A stretch of 44,034 nucleotides of DNA, counting the filler, from Catajapyx aquilonaris (lineage: Eukaryota): NCBI GenBank assembly GCA_000934665.2. It is 2 parts of 2 records of this genome, joined end to end, with 100 filler letters (N's around TTAATTAATTAA, not from the genome) between each part and the next. Parts side by side here need not be neighbours in the genome. Positions count along the whole stretch, not along the records: positions 22,164 to 44,034 come from JYFJ02005961.1; 1 more part is not named here. The stretch is one strand, 5' to 3'. Below the pieces are notes generated by a model, which worked only from the letters and a program-made list of their open reading frames with translations, made no database searches and was not told where the DNA came from. The translations under genes and the position numbers were made by a program. Positions 34,201-44,034 of this stretch are shown one piece after another (within the stretch, counting starts at the first letter, position 1; every line of letters begins with the position of its first letter).

Positions 34201-36866
34201 CATTTATAATGAAATTAATTCTACTCTGTACTTCTCATATTACATAACTTTTACACCTGTTGACAATAAAATAATACTGAATTGCATTAAATTGCATTTT
34301 TCATTGTCATTATCACTTACGAGTATAACTTGTGTAATGATATGGGCAATCTGCCTCATTTTAAATTACACATATGATCAGTAAAGGATAACTATGGGGG
34401 TCAATGCAAACACAAATCACAATTTTCAATGAGGTTGTTACTAATAATGTAAATGTGAAGCTCCCTTTTCCCCTGATCAAATCCACAAGTGAGAAATCTG
34501 GATTTGAAAATCACAGATTTTGCAATTTTTTCTAACTTCCAATAGCCATTGTAATTTTTTATGTAATATTTTCTGAAAATGTGAAAACTAATTTCTCGAG
34601 TTGGTGATTGTTCTGGAAAAGCAAAATTTTCTAAGTTATTTTGAAACCCTGTTTACGCAATGTGGCAACCCTGTAAAATGGGGCAAATGCAATTGGAAAC
34701 CAGTAATTTATACATATATTACTCATTAACCCTTAACTAGTAAGGTGGGGTCATTTTTGACCCCAAGCTTGCGGAAATTAGCACTTTCAAATAACTGGTT
34801 AATCAAGAGCCAAAAGCTTCCGTGTATTCCTCGATCACATCTTTGTTTATGTGTTAATAACCTTTAAATTTTTCACAAATATTTAATAGCGGTCCAAAAC
34901 CGGCTATAACGAAGGTGATGTGCAGCTGGGCTCAAAAATGACCCCACCTTACTAGTTACGTTTGGATTCCTCATTGCTCTTGGATTCATGCCTGCCAATG
35001 AGAAGCTTCTATTTTTTGCTTCAAACGGTGGCATGGCATGTACTAATGGCAAACCTGTCATAGATGATGCAATAATAAAAAAATTTGTAAATAGTTTCAG
35101 ATATGAGTTTGGCCTGCGCTCTCGATACTTATACAATGTCATATAGCCGTTATTTTGAAAGTATTACTTGTATGGCATTTAATGTAGAGGACATATCATC
35201 ATCATTTGGGGCTTCATATAGAGAAAGCGTATTTATGAATTGTTAGCGTTGGCGGCTGCTACTGAGGTATCTATAATTATACGCAGTTGACGTCTATTTG
35301 CATAGCTATCACACTTAGTAAGTTTCTTTTATTACCTACGCATCGTACATAATGTAACCTTAATATATTTACATGACTTTAAATTTTTAATTTTATGAAT
35401 TCGAGATCAAATATAATTCAATTACCACGTGGGGTCAAAAATGACCCCACCTTACTAGTTGCGTTGCTTGAGTTCACCTTACTAGTTAAGAGTTAATAAA
35501 GAATTTGTCACCACTCATCAGTATGCACCTATAAAAATTGAGACTTTTCGAATAGTGACAGAAAAAAGTTACACAAAAATTAGATAATAATCTTGGAACA
35601 TTTTGTGGCCATTATAAGTTGAAAAAAATTGCGAATTCAAGATTTCTTAAATTCCAAATTTCTCAGTTGGGGTTTAATAATTGTGAAAATATATTGAGTT
35701 TAATCATGCAGCAGTAGTTTTGGGGCACAATTCACTTACACTGCATTGTAAGGTAACAAAATTATACCCAAAAAGCTTGCCAATTTATTTTAATTTGTTA
35801 GCTTTATGCAATATTTAACGAATGTTGATTGTAAGAAATTACACATACATGTAAGTCCATAATACGAGTAATCTCAACATTTTCTATGTCACTAATATTG
35901 ATATTGCCTTTGAATACATCACACTTATGAAGAAAGAAGAAGGCCTATCACAAGATAATTATCATTATCATAATTATTAAGTGATCAAAGTGAGTTGAAG
36001 AAACTTTTCCTCCTTCCCCCCAGATGGTCTTTTCATTGATAATAATGCCAGAATTGTCTATTAATAAAAGCCACATCTGTTCTTTTGTGTAGAAATAAAA
36101 ATAAATTAGGACCTACTCGATCTTTACTGCCTATTAAGACGAGCCTATTTTGACTGATTTCAGGGCCTAAATGACTACCTATTTAAGGGTTTTTAAGAAC
36201 CTAAAAATCCGTTCCTTACCAATAAGGAATTCCATTTATACATGCAAGTTGCCCGGAATGCATTTAACTAATTGAAATTTGGTCTACAATGCTACTGAAC
36301 AAATTGTGAAAAAACACTCACCACCTTGCAGAAACAAAGGGCAGCAGGTACCTCGGCGGTGGCCCTGATAATGGCTGGGGAGGTCCAAATGGGGGAGGCA
36401 AGGGTGGATGGGAGGGCAGAGGGGGCAAAGGTGGACCAGCATGGCCAGGTAAGGGAGCCCCCAGTCCTAATCTCCTCTCTGCCCCATGTGGTAATGTTGA
36501 GTATGGAGGTGGACGATGAGAGTCTAAAAGATCAGGTAGTCGCTGGGACAAACCTCCTGATCTCATAGGAGGAGAAGGGGGTGGCAAAGGAGGTCCAAGG
36601 GCAGTGTCATCCTCATTATCAGGTGGCTGTGGAGGTGGGGGTGGAGGTGAGACATCAGAGTGAGTATCAGGATTGCGATGGCGTGTCCGACTTCTGCGCT
36701 CTCGGCGGTCACGACGGCGCCTCTCACGGGATTGGTTATTAGTTGGCGGGGACAATGGGGGTGCCAACAATGGAGGGGGCTCATCTGTCTGGGCTACAGC
36801 ATCCCGTCGGGTGGTAGTGGGCACCTCGCCACCGACGGCAATGTTGCGCACCAGCTGCCTTGCCAT
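28299..36866 (-). CDS. Uncharacterised proline-rich two-pass membrane protein with multiple PPxY motifs (~550 aa)
   Basis: Exons 36866(exon start 36869)-36322, 30625-30426, 29206-28299 with GT-AG introns of phase 2/1; 1653 nt. Hydrophobic spans IRCFVVVIALVGVCCAAVGTVLGAV and LTVSLLMIGVGIILITVSGLAW; block PQHPYAAMLYPEFQYRPPPPSYQASMQEYRLRLLLLDR. Confidence 0.85.
29446..30100. mobile_element. Non-autonomous foldback/TIR element with 152-bp inverted repeats
   Basis: 29446-29597 is the reverse complement of 29949-30100 with two mismatches seen, which explains the duplicated ORF MPGTYSRPY... on both strands. Spacer is 351 bp; no clear TSD. Confidence 0.85.
29822..29902 (-). pseudogene. tRNA-like (Met-CAT-like) Pol III cassette inside the TIR element
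   Basis: Minus strand GTCTTCGTGGCTCAGTCGGTAGCGCGTCCGCGTCATGATCCTAAGTCTCTGCGTTCAAGTCCGCGGGAAGCGACTTTTTTT: A box, CAT at the anticodon position, B box and T7 terminator. Stems are poorly paired, so it is not a functional tRNA. Confidence 0.65.
32003..32190 (-). mobile_element. Possible Helentron-associated element remnant
   Basis: Small terminal hairpin GCC-GAAG-GGC (32006-32015), then a (GA)n microsatellite, a G run and an AAAATTTCATTTCC core; layout similar to 22164-22550. Confidence 0.3.
34730..35492. mobile_element. piggyBac-type non-autonomous element (MITE)
   Basis: TTAA|CCCTTAACTAGTAAGGTG ... CACCTTACTAGTTAAGAG|TTAA (18-bp TIR, 1 mismatch, TTAA TSD). Extra inverted copies of TCAAAAATGACCCCACCTTACTAGTT at 34932-34957 and 35435-35460. 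Confidence 0.88.
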
Positions 36867-37661
36867 GACCTGAAATGGTATCACAAAGGAACGAATAGAT
36901 TAACTTCCAAAATTCATGTATTTTGCCAACAAAATCCCAAGCTATTTTCATCAATTTACAAATCCAAATTCTCTGCCTTGTTATCTACATAGAGTAAAGA
37001 AAATCCCTTTGGTCTCCTACTCACACTATCTTACACTTTCACCCTGCCTAATAAAATCACTTCATGCATCCACATCCACCTATCAGAATGCACTGAATTG
37101 GCACAAAACTGGTGACTATTTCAGTCACTACTCTCATGAAACTGGCTATGATCACTCACAGATGTTTAAGAACACCTGTGGCATGAATGTAAATGGAGCA
37201 ACCAATGGGTTGCCACATGGGTCAATGATGCCTGCCAGTTTGGAATGTTATCTAGATGATAATGAATCAACATAATCTGCGGCTATTGTGATGAAGTACT
37301 AACTTCTAGCAAAAGGTAGCCTATGCACTGTGCAAGAATTGTTTCCGGTTGTCTAGATCTTCATTATTCACTTTCATGGCCAACATGGCCTTCTACTGTG
37401 ACCTAGTAATTGCATGAGGTCAAACATCAATTGATCATAAGCATGAGCAACTCCAGGTTCAGCACTCTAGCTGATACGCATTAGTACATACGTAACATAT
37501 TAGATATCCATGATTTTTATGGGAATTTTCACCCACGATATTCAAAGCACTTTTTCCAAATCTATGCATTTTTGGCTCCATCTTTCATGTCAGTAATTGG
37601 CAATTTGGCAAATCTTGATAAATGTAGGCATAGCAGTAGTCACAAAACCTGATGGGAGAAT

Positions 37662-38335
37662 GGGGAAGTAGCCTTCATTTTGGAAACTACATAATAAATT
37701 CGCCCATATTTTTTGGATTTTTTTGGCATATTCCGTTTTAAGATATCAGTTTCAGTTCCGGAGTAATTGGGGGTTTTATGTAGGGAAATGGTGACGTCAC
37801 TGTTTCCCTAGAAAATGTTGACGTCACGCGAAGTGAAATGAACGCAAAAATGGTGTTATAGAACTCGCCCCGTCATTGTCGTAAAATGCTTCGCTGTTGT
37901 TAGCAACCGTCCCATTCCGTGAGCAAGATAGCGGCCGGGGCGCGTATTTATTCCAGGTTGCTCAAGTCGCTTCTGTGCTGACAGTGGTGCCAACTGGTAG
38001 GAATTATCTGTCACCCGAATTCGGCACATGAAGGCCCCTTTTCTCCACCTCGATGGCCTACAGCTTCCTTGTGAATGCTTTCCGTCGTGTCCACGGTTAA
38101 TTCAAAGTCAAATTCCTCATATCTCGCAGTCAACCAGGCATTTCAGAGTACCCTTTCGATTGGCACCACTCTGTTGCGCCGTTTTTCCCGCCAATTTTGA
38201 AGGCACTTTTAAATGTGCCGTAATTTATCCAGTAATGTCATTTTGATGCAACAAAGTGATGGAATGTATGTTTACAGGCATGGGCTAGCTAGTTATGAAC
38301 AAAAATCCCAAATCCCAGACCAAGGCTACTTCCCC
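37662..38335. mobile_element. Non-autonomous TIR element with 14-bp perfect TIRs
   Basis: GGGGAAGTAGCCTT ... AAGGCTACTTCCCC; the flanks reconstitute an uninterrupted paralogous sequence at 38989-39105. Confidence 0.8.
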
Positions 38336-39339
38336 ATTATAAAGATTTTTAAATATAATTGAATAGAATAGAATAGCACAAAAGGCCAGTGGGTGGAGGA
38401 GGAGGGGCAAAGTCCAGTAATAAATTAGGAATGAAAGTCACCTATTCATGAGAAATTGGCATCACAAAATCACAACATATTGTTGGAATGGCCCTTTCAG
38501 ATGTTCATCAGTGTAGAATATCAGCAACTTGAATTTTGACTCCATAATTAATTATTCTGCCCCTACATCATTTTATACTCTACTGGACTTCTGACCTTGT
38601 AATATTTGGCCATCAATTCAGTTAGACAAAAGGGCTGGCAACTCTCCCTTGAAGTGTACACCTGATTTGAATTACAGTGTTTTATGGAATTGGTATCAAT
38701 ACCAGTGAATTAAAAATAACTGATTCATTTTGATAAGAGGGCATTTCATCACTGGATTATATCAAAAAGGATAAGTAGTAACCAAAGAGACTTGAAAGAA
38801 GAGGCTTGAAATCAATGACAACTGATATTCTGGCAAGAACAAATGCCCACTTACTGCCAAGAGCCTTAGAAAAATCAAAATGTATGTAACTACAATGTGA
38901 TACAGTCAAGATTTATTCATATGGCACCTTTAGACATCTGTATCACTCTAATACTCCTGGCAAAGTAAAGCTTAATTGTAGTACTTGACAATTTGGCAAA
39001 GTTTGATAAATGTAGGCCTGGCAGTAGTCACAAAACCTGATGGTAAAATTATGATTTTTTTTTTTATTTTGTTGAATTCAATAGCACAAAAGGACTGGGA
39101 GGAGGACAGCTGAGTTGGCATGTGCCATGCTTACACAGAAATCAGATAATTATGAGAAAAAGAATCGGGCCACAGGGGGATTAAGTTTCAGTAACTTCCC
39201 CTGCACCTGTAATTGAATGTCACACATACAAGGTTTTAAAATATAGAAAAATATGGCACATCATATTTGAAGTATGACGCAAAATAATCTGATATCTTTT
39301 GTGTCAAGTGCTTGGCAATTATATCTGGGTACCTTATAA

Positions 39340-39598
39340 TAATGGATACCCCGTGATAGGCCTCCTTGGGCCTCTTTGGGGATCATCTTTTAATTGACCG
39401 TCTTTAATCATTGCCTGCGATGTTATGGATTTTGATTGTGGGAGGAAACGGGAGAACCCAGAGAAACCCACGCGAACATGGAGAGAACCCATCGAAACTC
39501 TATCCACATAAGTATCCTCCGTCCGACCCGGGGATCGAACTCAGGACCTTAGAGGTGGAAGGCTGTGGCGCTAACCACTCCGCCACCATGTCGCCCCT
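39340..39598 (-). mobile_element. tRNA-derived SINE with a V-domain-like core
   Basis: A box TGGCGGAGTGG (39585-39575), B box GTTCGATCC (39540-39532), core GTTCTCTCCATGTTCGCGTGGGTTTCTCTGGGTTCTCCCGTTTCCTCCCACA. 16-bp TSD with 2 mismatches: TCTGGGTACCTTATAA (39324-39339) / TCTAGGCACCTTATAA (39599-39614). Confidence 0.85.
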
Positions 39599-40198
39599 TC
39601 TAGGCACCTTATAAGTAGTATGAAGAAGTGCAAATACTGAATTTTATATGAAAGCGTTTTAACACTGCCTGGTGCAACAGCATCTGTGTCTGAGCACGGT
39701 GAACTCAGCAGACACAGCCAATACCACATGGGCAGTTTCAGTGCAAATTAATTAGCCTTTATTTATAACATACTGACATTAACAAAATAATAAACGGTTA
39801 TCATTTGTAAACACATATTATTGATTCAACTGGAGAATAGTAGTGACATCACAATGAGAAACTACAGTATTCGAGGGGCTGCAAGCAAGAATGGCTTATG
39901 CCACAGTGCCGGCAAAAAGTAAATAAACAGGTTTGAAGGTTTGATTTTCCTATCTCCTCCACTCTCAACAAAGCTTACAATTAAGGGTGGTGATCTCTCT
40001 ACCATTCTCTGGTGGAATGAATAATATCAAGCAATCTGGATCCTACTAATGCAAATATTTCTGCAGTGCCAAAATACACAACTGTTTCTTATGTTAGTAA
40101 CTTGGTAATAAAAGTTGGCTGTTGGAATAAACCTGTCAGTAGCAACCATGGTCTAATACTCATCACAACTCTTCCTATTCCCATGAGGATCACCAATA

Positions 40199-40563
40199 CA
40201 GTGGAGCATCGATTATCCGTACACCGATCAACCGAACCATTGGTTAACCGAATGTTTTTGGCTCTGCAAAAAAAAGAAAAAAAGAAAAAAAGAAAGAAAG
40301 AAAGAAAGAAAGAAATTGGCCTTTTCCCCCCTAAACTGTCGGACTACTTCATGTATGGACAGTAAGGTATATGTACAGTATTTTTAAGATGTGCCTGTGA
40401 CAGAAAATATACAGCTTTGTGGTTAATATCACTGTTTCTCATTTTCATATAGCTCCTATGACACTGGTACAACTTTTTTCCGTAAATGATCGGTTATCTG
40501 AACAATCAGTTATCCAAACACCCCCTGGGCAGACTCTGTTCGGATATAATCGATGCTCCACTG
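40199..40563. mobile_element. pogo/Tigger-like MITE
   Basis: TA|CAGTGGAGCATCGATTATCCG ... CGGATATAATCGATGCTCCACTG|TA, with subterminal (T)TATCCG/TAACCG repeats. Confidence 0.88.
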
Positions 40564-41072
40564 TACTCTTAAGATACAAACCACACTGTTCACATGCTCA
40601 GGTTAGTGAAACACTTACGTTTAACACTCACCCAAGAATTTTTGCATAACTAACCATTTTCACAAAACATTGTGCTGCCCTTCAAAAAAATCTTCAAAAG
40701 CCTGCATGGCAGGAAACAATACCAGCAACAGCAGCTTTCCAGTGCACACTCAACTGCATCCTGTGTAACCGGTATGCTTCCTTGGTGCTACAGCAAGTGT
40801 CACCACAGCATGAACCCCAACATGTCATAACAGAACCTTGCCACCAACACTGACAGCTGCGTATACAGTGACACTTCCCAGGAAGCTATGTCTCACATTT
40901 GAGTCCCCCAGTACCTGAGCACGAAACAGGCACCATCTCAGAGTGACATGTCAGCAAAAGACATGCGAGGATGATCAACTTTCACCTCTCCCTAAACATA
41001 GCTTTCGCTTCTTCTCGTTCCTGCTCACCCCCTCCCCCTCCCTCTCCCCTATCCTGCTGTCGCCCTTTTTAC

Positions 41073-41420
41073 CTTATGGTGCTGCATCCACAGTGGCTGT
41101 CTTCATCTGCGTCGGTCGGGGGGGAGGGCTGCCCCGAGTCTGCGCTCGGGGACGGCCCCTGTGTCCCCTCCTCCGTCCCCGTCACTGCCTCCCTTGTCCA
41201 GCTCGCACTTTTCCCACTGCTGCTGCCACTGCACACTGACAAAGGAAGGGGGCACGGATGGATGGATGGAATGATGGATGGGGGGTGACGCTGCAGGGGA
41301 ACCAGCAACAACGACCGAGCACACACCAGCTGCACCCTGTCCGTCCGTGTCCCACCAACCAACCGACTACCGAGGCTTCCTTCCTTCCTTCCTTCCTTCC
41401 TTCCTCCCTCCTCCACTGCC
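41073..41420 (-). other. Probable upstream (mostly 5'UTR) exon of the PPxY membrane-protein gene
   Basis: GC-rich block ending in CATAAG|GTAAAA (donor at 41072). ATG CAG CAC CAT AAG would join in phase 0 to the exon at 36869 (MQHHK-VMARQ). The 5' limit is uncertain. Confidence 0.45.
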
Positions 41421-43939
41421 TCCTCCTCTCAGTCCGCCATCTTTGCTGCTCTGGACACTGGAAACACCAGCCAGGCTGCGGGGTTGCCTCCACCTTTACC
41501 TCCACTCCTTTATAATGATGGAAGGCCACACATTGTCCTGGAGGGAATGTGGCAACGCTGCTACGGGCTCACAGCTGCTCAGCCAGAGTCAGGCTGGGAG
41601 ATATGGAAAAACGGGGGATGCGGAAACGGTACACACAACCAGAAGTGCCATCATCACGTACAGTGCGGGATAATTACTTTGTAACACTCTTGCGCAGGCA
41701 CAATGGGTGCCACTTTGGTCGCATATAGTATGGGCAGCATTTTCATCATCCAAAAATCAAACGGGCCTAAATTATTGCAGAGCGAACAAACCTAGCTGGA
41801 AATAAATTACCATAATACCAATAATACCTTGATAATACCCATGTCCTCGGGCAAAAGTATTTTACTGAAATATACAGTATAAATGTCAGTCACTTGATAT
41901 GCGTGTCCTCAGTTTCAAATGCTCTGTATATACATAGCACATGGGGCTTATACAGGGTGGTCCAAATAAATTAAAATGTCATTCATTTTAGTTATCGATT
42001 TTGGCCACTAAGTTGCTTATTTTAAGCAGTTACTATTGAATAGTATACTCTTAATAGCTGTCAAAACCATATGTTGCTAATATTTTGTTGCGTGGACCCG
42101 TCCTGTTTAAAGCCTGCAATAGGGGCCTACAATGATTTATCTGGACTGAAAATATTGGATCTGTCATTGATTTTCCAAGCATATGATGCTTGTTCTACTT
42201 GGTATTTCCCGCCAGTCGGATTTATTACAATTATTCAAAGTATGGTCACATGATTCAGTTGGATATAGTTCAAATCGGCCAAATTTTTTGCAGCCAATAG
42301 GCCTACTTTCGATATCCAAAAGGCAAAAGAAAGAAACTACTCCAAAGTCCCTGCTCAAAAATGAGCTCTTTGGAGAGGAAAATGGCTACCTAAATTTGAT
42401 ATTTCAATTATTACACCTTGTAAGAATATAAGTTTGCTGCGTAATAAAATTGATTTACAATCATATCCAACTTTATGAAACAAACACAATGTTTCATATT
42501 CCACCTAAGAAAAAATCAATTTGAATCTAATCTCGTCGAATCCTTAAATAATAATTTTCCACTATATTTACCTAACTCAGAAAGTCATCATTGCAGTGTA
42601 AATTAGTTCAAATTGTCCACGTCATTTTTCAGGTAGTGTCTTGCAAGTTGCAATACTTCTATATTGGTGGCCAGGCTGTATATGCTCAGCCCGACCCAAT
42701 GACACGGTCCGTCAGCAATACACACACTGTGGTTATTTCCAAAGCTTTGTGTGGTCACACGTCACGAGGGCGTAACCGCAGTAAAATCTCGCATGAAAGA
42801 AAAAAAAGAAAGAGTAAAGTAGCAACCAGGAGGAGAGAAAGAAGAAGGTACCCAAAAAAAAAAAAAAAAAATCATCTGAAAAGGAGGTTCAGAGCAAGTG
42901 AGAGCGTGGAAGCTTAAATTCCACACCTCCAAGCCGTGACCCGGACTCTTCTCTCACATTATTGTCATTATTATTGTACTTACATCTCCACACCATCATC
43001 AATCGAGGTTTTTGTCCTGTAATTCTTAGATGTAGAACACCAAGAAAATATCATGTCACAGTAACCTGGATACTTTGCTAGAAAAATCCCTAAACAAGTA
43101 AGGTTGTTTTTATGAAAATAGTTTTGCAATCAAACCTGCACATAATGGGACCTGTCCACTCCAAAAAATATATATTAATAAATTAGTCCTCTTTATATCG
43201 GATTATATAAATAAATCTGGGGGTTTTAAAGCCTCTCCCACATTCCATCATTGCTAGGAAGTAGGCCTATCATCCAGCATATCCATATCCATAATAAATG
43301 TCCCCTCCCCGGTGCAGATTGCTTGACTTATGACCGCATATGACTCTCACCACGGGAACATTTCCGCTATACCCAGGAATTTTGTTGCTAACGGAGTGGT
43401 GCACATGTTTATTCGCGCTATTCTCGGCAGGCGACTTTTTAATCGCTTCCTGCGCCAATTTTCGCACCAAAAGTACTCCAGAGTAAACTGTCGTGCAAGA
43501 GATGTAAGATCCAAAAAGTAACTTACTGATATATGACGATATGAACTATATCCCATTCCCATAGGCCTACATGTGCACTGCCCAAGTCTGCAGCCCAAGA
43601 GGGTATAGGCCTAAGTGCTAAAGAATATTTATTGTTTACAGTTTACCCCAGCAACTACAGTTGAGAGAAAAATGAGGCAAGAATCACGACAATTGAAAGT
43701 TACCTTACTATGCCAACGAGCTGTTTCGCTTTCAGTTGGTTGCTGGGGCAAACAGTCCATGTCTTCTTCTTCCCTGTCCCTTCCCTGTTGAGCGGAAAAC
43801 TTGGGAGGTGGATAACCCTGCATATTTTTTCTGATAATTTTCATGTCCTTGTCACAGACAAATTGTTCAGGTAGCTAGCGTATACAATAATGATCGAACT
43901 GGCACAATGTTGGCAAATAACCATTCAGCTTATAAGTTA

Positions 43940-44034
43940 CTAGCAGGTTACCCGGCGTTGCCCGGGTATGTTGGGGTGCTGGTAAGGGGTACATATACAC
44001 TATTTTAGGAAGTGTGTTTGTTTGTAAAAATTTC
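43940..44034 (-). mobile_element. Helitron 3' terminus (element extends beyond the window)
   Basis: Minus strand TACCCGG-GCAACG-CCGGGTA hairpin followed by ACCTG-CTAG|T, the canonical Helitron 3' end. Confidence 0.75.

Noticed and set aside
41951..41972. TA|CAGGGTGGTCCAAATAA, a Tc1/mariner-like end
   Set aside because: No matching second TIR found; cannot delimit an element.

Overview
Eukaryotic genomic DNA with spliceosomal introns, most likely from an arthropod, judged from the Hr38 N-terminal motifs and the PDAP1 sequence. It consists of two pieces joined by an artificial N/TTAATTAATTAA spacer at 22064-22163. The left piece holds a complete Hr38/NR4A nuclear receptor gene (+, 7 coding exons, long and short N-termini, CRE/CCAAT-rich immediate-early-type promoters), an uncharacterised 4-exon gene (+) built from a duplicated exon module plus an acidic repeat, and the last exon of GAS8/DRC4 (-). 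The right piece holds PDAP1 (-, 5 exons) and a two-TM, proline-rich membrane protein with five PPxY motifs (-). Introns and intergenic DNA carry many non-autonomous elements: mariner/Tc1/pogo MITEs, a piggyBac-type MITE, a Sola-like MITE, Helitron/Helentron ends, a V-domain tRNA SINE with TSD, and a 152-bp-TIR element enclosing a tRNA-like Pol III cassette. Gene models were spliced by hand; family assignments come from recalled motifs, with no database searches.
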